Below are positions 27,955-38,340 of a DNA stretch of 64,000 nt, one piece after another. Positions within the stretch are counted from its first letter, which is position 1. Every line of letters starts with the position of its first letter. A program made the translations under genes and the position numbers. The stretch covers positions 1 to 64,000 of the IMG/VR virus record IMGVR_UViG_3300043364_000002; one strand, given 5' to 3'. The notes under the pieces are model-generated. The model was not told where the DNA came from. It worked only from the letters and a program-made list of their open reading frames with translations, and did not search any database. This DNA comes from a virus. Taxonomy: Duplodnaviria > Caudoviricetes.

Positions 27955-28259
27955 GCGCGCAGCAAAGCGATTCGTAACCAGTTGGCAACCCTCCGCCTCG
28001 TCCCCAGTCCTCGCCAGCCCGAAATCATCCACCGCCGGCATCGCCGTCCCCTGGCGGATCGAATCGCGCAGGCGGGCGAAGACCTAGCGGTGCTGGAAGA
28101 CGACGCCGACTGGGCTGAACTGTCGGACATGCTATTCGGTGACGACCGGATCGCCGAGCCGCTTGAGCGCGACGGAAACGTCATCCACCTGCCGAGACGC
28201 CGGTCGACCAGCTTCGAGATTTTGCAGGTCCGCCAAGAAGAAGAACGCCGAGGCAAGCG

Positions 28260-28565
28260 ATGACCCCGATGCTTCGACAAGAACGACTTTCGATCGCCGT
28301 CATCGCGGCAGACGACGACAGCGATCCGAAGACGTCCGACGACCTCATCGCGTTCATCGTCGGTGCGCCGGCCGGATCGCCGCTGTCGTTCTTCGAAGTC
28401 GAGCCCATGCACAGCGCTCGCTACCCGCGGCTTCGGTGCTGGTATTCGCCCGGTCAGCTGGCGACGTGGCACCTGTGGGCGTGCGTGCCGGCCGAGAAGA
28501 CGCCGGAGGCTGCCAAGGCGGAATACGCTGAGCTGTTCGCGAAGAACGGCTGGAAGGTGCTCTGA
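28260..28565 (+). CDS. Hypothetical protein
   Basis: ATGA coupling; typical codon use. Confidence 0.55.
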   Translation: MTPMLRQERLSIAVIAADDDSDPKTSDDLIAFIVGAPAGSPLSFFEVEPMHSARYPRLRCWYSPGQLATWHLWACVPAEKTPEAAKAEYAELFAKNGWKVL

Positions 28566-28772
28566 TTGGAATTCACGTTCTCGTTTTTTATCACGGTGAT
28601 CGTGGTCATCGCGTTGGTCGGATTTGTTGTCTGGCTGATTACGACCCTTGTCCCGATGCCACCGCCCTACGCTACAGCTATCAAAGCAATCGCGGCTGTC
28701 TGCCTGCTTCTTTGGCTGCTTAGCGTGTTCGGGGTATTCGATCTTGGCGTGATCGGCCACCGACGGCACTGA
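28566..28772 (+). CDS. Small two-TM membrane protein (Thivi_2564-like)
   Basis: VIALVGFVVWLITTLVPMPPPY..AIKAIAAVCLLLWLLSVFG. Confidence 0.7.
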   Translation: MEFTFSFFITVIVVIALVGFVVWLITTLVPMPPPYATAIKAIAAVCLLLWLLSVFGVFDLGVIGHRRH

Positions 28773-28873
28773 AAGACCTCGTGATCTCCCGCCTCATCGA
28801 CCGGCTGCCATGGTGGATGCTCGTGATTCTGTTCTTGGTCGTTGAGGGTGTGTGATGGGGCAGGCAAAAGTTC

Positions 28874-29518
28874 ATGGCAGCAAGTCAACCTCCGGGAGTC
28901 GCTGAACAGCTATCTGTCGCCGGCCGAAGACTGACTCCCGCGCGCGTATACGCGCAATCCTTACCGCACCCACCGCTAGAGACGGTCGAGGAGCGCGTCA
29001 CCTACATCGAAAGCCTGATGGCTGAGGAGGTGTGGGATGACGAGACGAGCAAAGAACTTCAGGTGTCGTTGGCCAGTGTGTGGGGGCTGACGACGGACTC
29101 CACGGGCTGCTCTGCGGTCAGGCTCTACTCGGCCGAGGCTAGCCGAAACCTTCACGGTAAGGCGCGTGAGCGCGCCGGCGAGTATGCGACGATTGCGCTT
29201 CAGTCGCTCGCGTACGTGGCGAAGAACGCCAGGGACTCAAGACTACCAGGCGACAAGAACGCCGCGGTGAACGCGTCGGAGAAGCTGCTCCGATACGCCG
29301 GATTGGCGGAGCCGGAAGAAGATAAGAGCCGACCGACGACGCTCATCCAGGTCGGCCAGGTCGTTGCGTCGCCAGTGTTCGGCGATTTGCTAGCTGGTCA
29401 CGCGCCAAAGAAATTGAATGGCCAAAGCCACAGAAACGGCGCAGCCAACGGTCACGCCGAAGACGCTGACGTCGTACCAGACGCACGTGGTAACGGCGCC
29501 GTGGTACGAAAAGCTTGA
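28874..29518 (+). CDS. Terminase small subunit (putative)
   Basis: Helical protein directly upstream of and overlapping TerL. Confidence 0.6.
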   Translation: MAASQPPGVAEQLSVAGRRLTPARVYAQSLPHPPLETVEERVTYIESLMAEEVWDDETSKELQVSLASVWGLTTDSTGCSAVRLYSAEASRNLHGKARERAGEYATIALQSLAYVAKNARDSRLPGDKNAAVNASEKLLRYAGLAEPEEDKSRPTTLIQVGQVVASPVFGDLLAGHAPKKLNGQSHRNGAANGHAEDADVVPDARGNGAVVRKA

Positions 29519-30848
29519 GAGCGGTCAAGAGCGCGCTCGAATAGACACATTTGTTAAATCCCGTCGCATCGGCGGGTCGGTAGCGGCGGCATACCGCGCT
29601 GCGTTTTGGGCCGCCGGTTACGAACTACGGCCAGACGGCACAGCGGTAAGGCGCGACCCGATCGACGTCATCGTGGTGTCGAAAGACTTCACGAGCTCCA
29701 AGCGGCTCCTTCGCGAGGTCGGCGACGCGTGCGACGATCTGCGCCGCGCCGGTCCTGAGTTTGACGCTGACGTTCAGGCGACCACGATCAAGATGCGCAA
29801 CGGGCGCACGATCGAAGCGCTGGCGTGCAGCGACAAGGCGATCCGCGGCAACACGGCCGGAGTCTGCGCTGACGAAATCGCATTCTGGCGACAGTTTGAG
29901 AACTGCTGGGCCGCGCTCAAGTCGGTCACTGACCCTAACCTGAAGTACCCGATGGGGTTACCGGCGCTGCTGGTGACGACGCCGTGGGAAGCGGGGTCGC
30001 TCGCGCATCGGATCTGTACCGATCCAAGTTTTCCGTTTGGCCGCTACAGCATCGACATTCACGAAGCGATCGACGCCGGCTTCCCGATTGACGCGAAGCG
30101 CGCATTCGACGAGCTTGGCATCCCGGAGCTGATTGCCACTGAGTATCTCTGCCAGTGGCAGAGGTCTGGAGAGGCATTTTTCCCCGCCTCCAAGCTTCGC
30201 GACATCTGCCGCGACGATCTCCCGGTCGGCCACGAGCATGCGCCGGTCATGTACGGGATCGACGTTGGTGGCGGGCGCGGTCGCGATTTCACAGCGTGCG
30301 TTCAGTGGCGCGTGATCGACGAAGAGCGCTGGATGACGGGCGTCGTCGCGTTCAACGATCTCGACATGGAAGCGCAGGCCGACAGGCTCGCGAAGTGGAT
30401 TCGCAACGCCCCTGGGCAAGTGCGCATCGACCGCGGCGTCATGGGGATCGACCTCATCTCGATGTTATCGAATCGTCTGGCCGGCAACCGGCACTGCAAA
30501 GTGACAGGCGTCGGCATGGCGCCGCAGGATCAAGAGAAGTACGCGACGACCGCAAAGCGTGCGCTTGAGCGCGACGAGATGCGGCTCTACACGGGAACGG
30601 ATTGCGGCGGCGACGAGAACGGCCACCGCGCATTGATGCTGGAGCTGGCGCAACTGAAGACGCGTCCTGGCGTCGGCGGCCATCTGACCTTCACGACGCC
30701 GCGCGACTCGAACCGTGGCCACCTGGACCGAGCATGGGGAGCGCTTATCGGCATCGCCGGTAAAGGCGGCGCTGGCGCCGGCAAGAGCGGAGGCGGCTGG
30801 CGCCCAGGACTCGCCACCATCGACTTTGACAACGTCGGCATCGGTTGA
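29418..30848 (+). CDS. terL: Terminase large subunit (Mu gp28/terminase_6-like)
   Basis: KSRRIGGS Walker A, VCADEIAF Walker B, TTP, EYLC, GIDVG, HLDR nuclease motifs. Confidence 0.9.
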   Translation: MAKATETAQPTVTPKTLTSYQTHVVTAPWYEKLESGQERARIDTFVKSRRIGGSVAAAYRAAFWAAGYELRPDGTAVRRDPIDVIVVSKDFTSSKRLLREVGDACDDLRRAGPEFDADVQATTIKMRNGRTIEALACSDKAIRGNTAGVCADEIAFWRQFENCWAALKSVTDPNLKYPMGLPALLVTTPWEAGSLAHRICTDPSFPFGRYSIDIHEAIDAGFPIDAKRAFDELGIPELIATEYLCQWQRSGEAFFPASKLRDICRDDLPVGHEHAPVMYGIDVGGGRGRDFTACVQWRVIDEERWMTGVVAFNDLDMEAQADRLAKWIRNAPGQVRIDRGVMGIDLISMLSNRLAGNRHCKVTGVGMAPQDQEKYATTAKRALERDEMRLYTGTDCGGDENGHRALMLELAQLKTRPGVGGHLTFTTPRDSNRGHLDRAWGALIGIAGKGGAGAGKSGGGWRPGLATIDFDNVGIG

Positions 30849-30897
30849 CCCGGTCGCCTGACGCGACCCGCCGGGACATCTCGGCAGACCGAGACCC

Positions 30898-32553
30898 ATG
30901 AACCTACCCGGCTTCTTGAAGGGCCTCTTCCCTAGCAAGAAGCCTGACGAACTGCGAACGGCTCAAGCTCCACAGCTTGGCCCAGGTCCACAGACCTCGC
31001 AGTCCGCAATCGAAATCGCCGCTGAGCCAAGGCCGGACAAGGCAGCGCTCGCGCCGTACCCGGCGATCGACCGCTACCCCGCTATCCTCGGTAGCAACGT
31101 ATCGCTGGCGTACATCTCCAGCGTCTTTCGTCTGTGCCTCACCGGCTACCGCCGAGAGTTCGTCGACCTTCTCGATGAGCTTCTCGAGCGAGACCCGCAC
31201 ACGTACGCGGTCGTCGCTCAGCGCGTTCACGCTGTCGCGGGCGGGCGCATCCAAGTCATTCCCGCAGAAACGAAGCCGGGCAGTGCCGACGAAAAGAAGG
31301 CCGCCGACATCGCCGAGATGGTCGACAAGTGCATCCGGCGCATCCCGGACTTGCAGCAGTCGATCGCCAAGCTTCAGTGGGGCGGCGTCTTCTACGGCGT
31401 AGGCTGCGCGGAGATCAGCTGGGGCAAAGACGAACTCGGGTGGCGGCCGACGATGCTGCACTGGGTGCACAGCCGCCGACTTGCGTACCCTGACGCTGGC
31501 AGCTGGTCGGTGCGCATTTGGGACCAGGGAATGGTCTCAAGCTTCGACGTTCAAGACGATCCGACGTCACAACTCTTCGGCGTGAAGTGCGACGACTTCC
31601 CTGGGAAGTTCATCGTTCACACGCCGAGCGTTCGCGGTAATTACCCAACGCGTGACGGTCTAGGGCGCGAAGTTGCTTATTGGTCGGCGCTGAAGCTGAT
31701 GGGAGCGCGCGGCGCCGCGCAATACATCGAGCGCTTCGGCAAGCCCTGGACGGTTGCGTACTACTCGACGCAGGCCGATGGGCATCCGCGCGAGGCGGAC
31801 GAAGAAGACATCAAGGCGGTTGACGCTGCGGGCCGAGCGCTCGGCATCGGCAGCTTAGCCAACGCGACCCTTCCGGACTCGACCAAGCTCGACATCTTCG
31901 GCCCCGCCAAGACGGCGCCATCGCGGCAACTCCTGCACGTGATGTTTATCAACGCGTGCAACGGCGAGATCAGCAAGGCCGTACTCGGCCAGACCGACAC
32001 GACGGAAGCCGGCCCGAACGGCTCACGCGCCGCCACAGAGACGCGCAAAGAGGGCACGAAAGAGCTCTACCGATACGACGCCGCGTGCCTTGCGGACGCT
32101 CTCGAGCGCAGCATGGTGCGCTGGATTGTCAGGCTCAACTTTCCGGCCGACGAGCATCTCTGCCCGAGTGTTCTGATTCACGCGGAGAAGCCGGACCTCG
32201 ACGCCTTGCTCGACCGGGCCATCAAAGCATCCGCGGCCGGCGCTGTCGTGGACGGTGACCGCGTGTGTGAAGAGGTTGGCGTCCCGACGCTGGCGAAGCC
32301 AACACCTGGCGAAAAGTTCGAAGGACGTCGGATGTTCCCGATGGCCGCGCTCAAGCCGTACGAGATTCAGAGCCTTCGCAAGCTCGACGCTGGCGAAGAG
32401 CTGGAGCCGCCACCGAAGCTCACCGACCCGAGCGCAGAAGGTGAAGGCGGAGCGCCCGCTGCAAGCGGCGGCGCGGAAGGCGTGGACTCGAAAGCACCGC
32501 CGAAAGGCAAACCCACAACCCCGGCGAAGAAGAGCCAGGACCAAGAGGACTAA
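30898..32553 (+). CDS. Portal protein (DUF935, Mu gp29-like)
   Basis: LLERDPH, KFIVH, GLGR, YIERFGKP, CNGEISKAVLGQT, GSRA. Confidence 0.92.
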   Translation: MNLPGFLKGLFPSKKPDELRTAQAPQLGPGPQTSQSAIEIAAEPRPDKAALAPYPAIDRYPAILGSNVSLAYISSVFRLCLTGYRREFVDLLDELLERDPHTYAVVAQRVHAVAGGRIQVIPAETKPGSADEKKAADIAEMVDKCIRRIPDLQQSIAKLQWGGVFYGVGCAEISWGKDELGWRPTMLHWVHSRRLAYPDAGSWSVRIWDQGMVSSFDVQDDPTSQLFGVKCDDFPGKFIVHTPSVRGNYPTRDGLGREVAYWSALKLMGARGAAQYIERFGKPWTVAYYSTQADGHPREADEEDIKAVDAAGRALGIGSLANATLPDSTKLDIFGPAKTAPSRQLLHVMFINACNGEISKAVLGQTDTTEAGPNGSRAATETRKEGTKELYRYDAACLADALERSMVRWIVRLNFPADEHLCPSVLIHAEKPDLDALLDRAIKASAAGAVVDGDRVCEEVGVPTLAKPTPGEKFEGRRMFPMAALKPYEIQSLRKLDAGEELEPPPKLTDPSAEGEGGAPAASGGAEGVDSKAPPKGKPTTPAKKSQDQED

Positions 32554-33041
32554 TGGCCCGCGACGCTACAACCATCAGCATCCCGAACCGAGAAGCGATC
32601 ACAAACTACGGGCCTGCCCTGGCTCAGTACATGGTCGACAACTTCATCGGCCCCGTTCACCTGAAGCTGCCGATCGCTTTCGGAACCGCCGACGCGGCAA
32701 CTCTCGCAACCGTTCCGACTGGCTCAAGGCTGCTGATTCTGCGAGCGTACTGGCAGATCACCACGACCTTCGCCGGTGGCACCAATAGCGCCATCGGCGT
32801 GTCGAGCGACGACACCGATTGCAGCACCAAAGGTGACATCCTGGGCGGCGCCGGCGGTGATCTGACAGCGACGCTCGTCTCCACGGGTCGCGTCTACAAG
32901 GGCGGCACACTCGGCGCGAAGTTCGGCACGAACGGCGTCGTTGTCGTCGGCTCCGGCAAGATCATCCGCTACGACAAAGTCGTGGACGCGTACACGTCCG
33001 GCGTCGGATTCGTCCACATCGATGGCGTCCTGATCGACTGA
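32553..33041 (+). CDS. Putative virion beta-sandwich protein
   Basis: Gly/Thr-rich beta pattern in head operon. Confidence 0.55.
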   Translation: MARDATTISIPNREAITNYGPALAQYMVDNFIGPVHLKLPIAFGTADAATLATVPTGSRLLILRAYWQITTTFAGGTNSAIGVSSDDTDCSTKGDILGGAGGDLTATLVSTGRVYKGGTLGAKFGTNGVVVVGSGKIIRYDKVVDAYTSGVGFVHIDGVLID

Positions 33042-33484
33042 TGGCGAGCCAAGGCCTCGTACTCGCCAGCGTCACAAGTCCGACGGCAGCGGCCGGATGC
33101 CTTGTGTCGGCCCCCGTAACCGGGCTCTCTGGCGCCAAGGCGATCACGTTCATCGCCGATTTGATCGGCGCGACGGGCGGCACGCTCGACGTTGGCGTGC
33201 AGCACTCGCCCGACGGCGTTACCTGGTACGACTATTGGCACGTTCAACAGCTTGCCGCGGCAGCAGCGGCCGTCGTTTGGCAATACGTTCCGGCGCTGAA
33301 TGACAGCCAGACCATCGTCGGTAAGTACGTACTAGCGCCGGCGAGCAACACGACGATCGTTCTCGCCAACGGCTCCGTTGCGGGCGGGCACTGGTTCGAT
33401 CAGTTGCGATGCATCTTCGTGCCGGGCGCTGGAACTACCGTCGGCGCCGCGTGCGTCGTCACGGCGTGGTGCACGCGCGATTGA
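33041..33484 (+). CDS. Putative virion beta-sandwich protein
   Basis: TLDVGVQHSPDGVTWYD motif common in phage head accessory proteins. Confidence 0.55.
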   Translation: MASQGLVLASVTSPTAAAGCLVSAPVTGLSGAKAITFIADLIGATGGTLDVGVQHSPDGVTWYDYWHVQQLAAAAAAVVWQYVPALNDSQTIVGKYVLAPASNTTIVLANGSVAGGHWFDQLRCIFVPGAGTTVGAACVVTAWCTRD

Positions 33485-35331
33485 TGACGCAGCATCTTCT
33501 TGATCTTGGGATCGACGACGTACACACGGACGGCGCCGCGCGCAAGCCGAAGACTAAAGCCATGTCCGACATCTCCACCGAGCAGCGCAAGTCTTTGCCG
33601 GCGCGCAAGTTCGCTGACCCGTCGGAGCGCAAGTATCCGGTGCACGACAAGGCCCACGCGGACAACGCCGCCGCTCGTCTCGAGGGACAGAAAGCGTCGA
33701 TGTCGCCAGGCAAGTACGAGCGGATCAGGTCGCGCATCAAAGCCGCACAGCGTGGCTTTGGAGAAAAGCCGAAGGCCAAGAAGATGCGCATGGCGCACGG
33801 CTTCCGCCTCTCGATTGACCACCCGAAGAGCGGACGAATCGAAGTGCGACACATGACTGACAAGCCAATCCACTGCCAAAGCGTTGAACTTGTCGCGCTG
33901 TCTGACGACGCCGTCGATGTTAAGCCGATGGCGTGGAATCAACTGGCAAGACCTGGCCACTACTTCAAAGACGGCTCCCCGTTCACGCTCGACCAGCGCG
34001 TGTTCTCGGAGATCATCAAGAACTTCTACGCGAGCGAAAACAAGCTCGTGCCAGTCGACTTCGAGCACGCGAGCGAACAGCGCGCTAGCGACGGCGCGAT
34101 CCCAGCGCTTGGTGCTCCCGCGCAGGGCTGGATCAAAGCCGTCGAGATGCGCGACGGCAACCTGTACGGGCTCATCGAGTGGAACGATCTCGCCCGAGAA
34201 TACATCAAGGCGGGCGCCTACAAGTTTTTGTCGCCGGCCATCCGCTTTGGAGCAAAGGACTCGCGCAGCGGGCAGCCGATTGGCGCCAGGCTGACGAGTA
34301 CCGCGCTCACCAATTCACCGTTTCTTGATGGCATGCAGAAGATTGCCGCGAAGGACACCCAGATGGCCGAAGTCGCCGAAGCGGTTGTCTCTCTGAAGAG
34401 CGCGACGAGAGCCTTCAGCGCAGCCGAGTACATGCCTGGCGTGCGCGCCGCTCTGAAACTGCCCGAGCTCGCCACGGCCAAGATGTGCAGCGACCACCTC
34501 GGCATGCTGCGCGAGCACTACAACGCAGCCGGCGGCGACATGACCGTCGCGCCGACGGGCGTCAAGCTCGGCGACTACATGATGCCGATGCGCGACATGC
34601 TTCGCCCTCCGATGGGCGCATCGTGGGACGACGTGTTCGACCTCATGGAGGACCTCGTCGACCAAGCAATGGATGAGCACTTGATTCGCGACCACGGGCT
34701 TTCGCCTGCAGCGGTCGAAGATGACAACGAAACAGCAACCGCTTCCGACGAAACGTTGGACGACGAGGAAATGACCATGAGCGATGCCGCATTGACCGTG
34801 CAATTGACCGAAGCCAAGGCGCAGTCGATCGCGCTCACCGACAAGGTGAAGTCGCAAGAGACCGAAGTGGCCAAGCTGACCCTTCAGCTAAAGGACGCCG
34901 AAAGCAAGACCTCGGACGCGACCACCAAGATCGCCGAGCTCGAGAAGCAGCTGAAAACGCTGACGGACGAGCGCGACGCGCGCAACGCGAAGCTCATGTC
35001 GGACCGCGTCGACGCAGCCTTCGAGACCTACAAGGACTCGAAGAAGCTTACGGACGCGAACAAGAAACAGATGACGCTGACGCTGAAGCAGGACGAAGCT
35101 CTCTTCAATGAGCTCTATCCGACTGTCGACGCGAGCAAGCGGTATCTCTTGCGCGACGTCAGCACGACAGGATCCGATCGCGGCGTCGCGACGACCACAG
35201 CGCCGAACGAGATCCCGGACATGAAGACGCTGACGGACAAGTATGCAAAAGAGCCGGGCGTGACCATCGAGCAGGCCGTCGCGAAGGCATATACGGAAGT
35301 CACTGCCCGCATCGGGCGCCACGTCGCCTAA
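33484..35331 (+). CDS. Mu-like prohead protease I with N-terminal DUF6582-like domain and C-terminal scaffold
   Basis: PVDFEH, PAQGWI, YKFLSPAI, ALTNSPFL; N-terminal RKSLP..FA.P.ERKYP.HD.AH..NA.AR; coiled-coil C-terminus. Confidence 0.88.
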   Translation: MTQHLLDLGIDDVHTDGAARKPKTKAMSDISTEQRKSLPARKFADPSERKYPVHDKAHADNAAARLEGQKASMSPGKYERIRSRIKAAQRGFGEKPKAKKMRMAHGFRLSIDHPKSGRIEVRHMTDKPIHCQSVELVALSDDAVDVKPMAWNQLARPGHYFKDGSPFTLDQRVFSEIIKNFYASENKLVPVDFEHASEQRASDGAIPALGAPAQGWIKAVEMRDGNLYGLIEWNDLAREYIKAGAYKFLSPAIRFGAKDSRSGQPIGARLTSTALTNSPFLDGMQKIAAKDTQMAEVAEAVVSLKSATRAFSAAEYMPGVRAALKLPELATAKMCSDHLGMLREHYNAAGGDMTVAPTGVKLGDYMMPMRDMLRPPMGASWDDVFDLMEDLVDQAMDEHLIRDHGLSPAAVEDDNETATASDETLDDEEMTMSDAALTVQLTEAKAQSIALTDKVKSQETEVAKLTLQLKDAESKTSDATTKIAELEKQLKTLTDERDARNAKLMSDRVDAAFETYKDSKKLTDANKKQMTLTLKQDEALFNELYPTVDASKRYLLRDVSTTGSDRGVATTTAPNEIPDMKTLTDKYAKEPGVTIEQAVAKAYTEVTARIGRHVA

Positions 35332-35443
35332 GTAAACAACTCGACGTTGCCGCATAAGCGACGTCTGTAACTCAAATCTCAACGCGCGGCATCGCCCACG
35401 CACTTTCAACCGCTGCGCATAGCGGCATTGGAGACCTGTACCC

Positions 35444-35851
35444 ATGGCCCAGATCAATCAACTCGGCGGCATCGCCGTCGCCGGCGGCGACATCCCTGTC
35501 AAAAACTACGGCGGTTCCGACATCGCCGCCGGGCTTGTCGTCAAATACGACACGTCGAACCCTGGCGGCACCAACCTGCCGCGTGGTGTCGTCATTACCA
35601 GCAACGACACGTTGGCGATGGGCGTCACCGTGACGGTGATCCCGGCTGGCAAAACTGGGCTTGTGCGCACGCTGGGTCAAGCCATCGGCACCGCGTCGGC
35701 GACCATCCACGTAGGCCAAGTGCTGATGAGCGACAGCGCCGGCAAGGTGCTCCCGCAAACAGCAGCAAAAACTCAGATCGGAATTGCCACAAGCGAAGCG
35801 CTCAATGGCGACTTCGTGGCGATCGACATTGCCAGGGCGGCGAACGCCTGA
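35444..35851 (+). CDS. Capsid cement/decoration protein (DUF2190-like)
   Basis: MGVT, V..LG, I.VGQ.LMSD..GK, IGIA...A..GD.V. Confidence 0.75.
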   Translation: MAQINQLGGIAVAGGDIPVKNYGGSDIAAGLVVKYDTSNPGGTNLPRGVVITSNDTLAMGVTVTVIPAGKTGLVRTLGQAIGTASATIHVGQVLMSDSAGKVLPQTAAKTQIGIATSEALNGDFVAIDIARAANA

Positions 35852-36267
35852 TGGCGATCGTACTAGACGTAACCCTGCCGTCCGTTAGGGCATCAGTGTC
35901 CGGTGTAACACACGGAACTAATTCTGCTCTAGCGACTATTCCCGTCGCAACCGCTGTAAGCCCACTTCAAGTCTCTTCTGGCAGGCATTTGTTCGTCGAA
36001 CTAACGGCGAAGATGGCATTCAGCAATGGCGAATCGCAGGTTCAGCACATGTTGTTCGTTGTGTTCGGTGGATCGCCTCCAGTGATTGCCTTCAGCACAG
36101 GAGTCAATCAACGGATCACAAGCAGCGGCTCTTTGAACTCCAATTCGGAGGTTTCTGTCGCTCTTGACGGCAACAACGACATTGTGCTCACGGCAGAAAA
36201 TCACGAAGCCTCCAGCGCCATGGATGCAGTGGTCGACTGTCGGCTGACCTTATTCGGCACATCGTAG
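35851..36267 (+). CDS. Hypothetical beta-rich protein, atypical codon usage
   Basis: TGATG coupling; more A/T-ending codons than flanks. Confidence 0.6.
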   Translation: MAIVLDVTLPSVRASVSGVTHGTNSALATIPVATAVSPLQVSSGRHLFVELTAKMAFSNGESQVQHMLFVVFGGSPPVIAFSTGVNQRITSSGSLNSNSEVSVALDGNNDIVLTAENHEASSAMDAVVDCRLTLFGTS

Positions 36268-36367
36268 CCGCAAGTAAAAGCCACAGAAACTCCTAACAAC
36301 TTCCGAGCCTGCGCGCCGAAGAGACGCGCCCGCCGAGATTCACCGTCACCGAAAGGTAATAGCGAAC

Positions 36368-37477
36368 ATGAACCCCAATATCGTCAAGGTGCGAGACGCC
36401 GACACCGGCCAGCTCATCACGCTCGACCTGTACAACAATACTCGCACCATGTCCGACGATTCTGGGCGGACGGTGACTATGGATCTCGGTCAGGCCGACG
36501 TCCACATCGACGCCGCGCTCGCCAACTACGCTGCCGGCTACAAGCAGTGGGAAGGCATCGCCGACGAAGTGGCGCCTCTTGTGCCGGTCGACAAGGCCAG
36601 CAACAAGTTCTGGACTTGGGACAAGGACGACGTCTTCCAAGACGCCGAGGATCTCATCGTCGGCCCAGGCGCCGCCGTGAAAGAGATCAGCCCTCGTCTC
36701 AGCTCGTCGAGCTACACGACCGTTGCGTACGGCGTCGCGTCGTATGTCTCGACCGAGCTCAGCGCCAACCAAGACGCGCCGCTTAAGGTCGAGCAGGCGG
36801 CCATGCGCCGATGCCTCAACGCCATCAATCTGGGCCGGGAACGGCGCGTCGCGGCTCTCGTGACCACCAGCGGCAACTGGACTGGCGGTTACACGAGCGC
36901 GCTCGCGGCTGGAGCCAAGTGGAACGGCGGCGCTTCGTCGAACCCGGTGCAGGATCTCTTCACGGCGATTGAAGCTTCGCTGACCCCAGTGCGCACCATC
37001 GCGATGAGCGAGCTGGTCTGGCACGACTTTGTGCAAAACTCAGCGGTGCAAAAATACGTTGCGATGAAGACCGCTGCGCCGCCGCTGCCGAACGCCCGCG
37101 CCACCAATCAGGGGCGCATCGCAGCTGAAGAGTTCAGCGCGATCCTCGGACTCCCGCCGTTTCTCATCGGTCGCCAAAAGGGCAAGCTTACCTCGACGAC
37201 CTACGGGTACGTGTGGGGCAACAACGTTGCTCTGCTCGAGAACGATCCGACGGTGCCTAGCGATGGGCAGACGATTTCAACCGCCAAGACCTTCCGTTGG
37301 ACCGGCGCCGACTCGGGTACGCCAGACGGCACCGTGCAAGGCGGCTTCCTCGTTCGTAGCTACTACGACCCGAAGCGCGGCGCACGCGGCGGTCGCGTCG
37401 TGGTTGTTACGCACAACGATGCCGAGGTCATGACCTCGGTCGTGGCCGGCGGTTTGATCACCGGCGCACACGCGTAA
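36368..37477 (+). CDS. Major capsid protein
   Basis: HIDAALANYAAGY...IADEVAPLVPVDK, KW...SNPVQDL, YVWGNNV; position and strong codon bias. Confidence 0.85.
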   Translation: MNPNIVKVRDADTGQLITLDLYNNTRTMSDDSGRTVTMDLGQADVHIDAALANYAAGYKQWEGIADEVAPLVPVDKASNKFWTWDKDDVFQDAEDLIVGPGAAVKEISPRLSSSSYTTVAYGVASYVSTELSANQDAPLKVEQAAMRRCLNAINLGRERRVAALVTTSGNWTGGYTSALAAGAKWNGGASSNPVQDLFTAIEASLTPVRTIAMSELVWHDFVQNSAVQKYVAMKTAAPPLPNARATNQGRIAAEEFSAILGLPPFLIGRQKGKLTSTTYGYVWGNNVALLENDPTVPSDGQTISTAKTFRWTGADSGTPDGTVQGGFLVRSYYDPKRGARGGRVVVVTHNDAEVMTSVVAGGLITGAHA

Positions 37478-37487
37478 AAAAGAAGTT

Positions 37488-37517
37488 GCCGGCCACGTGC
37501 TGGGCGCGTGGCCATTG
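37488..37517. terminator. GC-rich stem-loop after capsid gene
   Basis: GGCCACGTGC-TGG-GCGCGTGGCC preceded by A-run. Confidence 0.45.
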
Positions 37518-37533
37518 AGCTAAAGGAGCCACC

Positions 37534-37836
37534 ATGGCCGATCTCTACGAAGTGATCGTTTACTCCGTCACAGTCGATGCGCGGGGTTTCAACCACGTGG
37601 GCGACGCGGCGGACGGTCGGCACTGGCAAAAGGGAGCTCTCATCGAGATCCCTTCTAGCGTCGACGCTGCTGCGCTCTTGCGGGCTGGGGCCATCAAGCT
37701 GAGCAGCCCGAAGGGGCAGTCCGAGCCGGTTACGGTGCAGCCGCAAGAGCCGCTGGAGTCAACCGCCGAACCTATGCACAAGGCGGCGTCGCACCACCAG
37801 AAGCAGTCGTCAACGTCGGCAGAGTCGAAGAAGTAA
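37534..37836 (+). CDS. Small head-associated protein
   Basis: AAGGAG RBS; KG..IE......AA.LL.AGAI pattern typical after capsid genes. Confidence 0.65.
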   Translation: MADLYEVIVYSVTVDARGFNHVGDAADGRHWQKGALIEIPSSVDAAALLRAGAIKLSSPKGQSEPVTVQPQEPLESTAEPMHKAASHHQKQSSTSAESKK

Positions 37837-37839
37837 GCC

Positions 37840-38340
37840 GTGGCGGCGGCAGCTGGCAGGTACATCGCGGCGGCAGATCTCATCAATCGTCTGACGCCAA
37901 CGACGTACATCGCCATCTACGACGACAGCAGCAACAACGACGTTACCAGCGTCAACGATGCCGCTGTGCAGCTCGACATCGACAGCGCGGAAGGCGAAGT
38001 CGATTCGTACCTGATCACGGAGCAATCGCTACCGCTGCCAGCACTGGCTGGCGGCAAGATCGATAGGCTCGTCAGATTGGCCGCGATCGACTTTGCCGAG
38101 GCGTTAGCGTGGCTTCGGCACCCTGAATATGTGCGCACGTTTGGCGAGAACAAGCGGTCTGCCGGTATATGGGACCGCGCCAACGCCAGAATGCGGCGCA
38201 TCAAGAGCGCGATTCAGGAACTCCCCGACAACGTCAGGGAGAACGGCAAGCCTGGCAACGTGGGCGGCGTCGTTCTCGATACTGACAAGCGAATGATCGT
38301 CGCCAACATCGACGGCACGTCCAACTCGGGTGACTTTTGA
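37840..38340 (+). CDS. Head-tail adaptor (Mu gp36/DUF1320-like)
   Basis: YI..ADL..R, AEGEVDSYL...LPL, LAAID.A. Confidence 0.78.
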   Translation: MAAAAGRYIAAADLINRLTPTTYIAIYDDSSNNDVTSVNDAAVQLDIDSAEGEVDSYLITEQSLPLPALAGGKIDRLVRLAAIDFAEALAWLRHPEYVRTFGENKRSAGIWDRANARMRRIKSAIQELPDNVRENGKPGNVGGVVLDTDKRMIVANIDGTSNSGDF

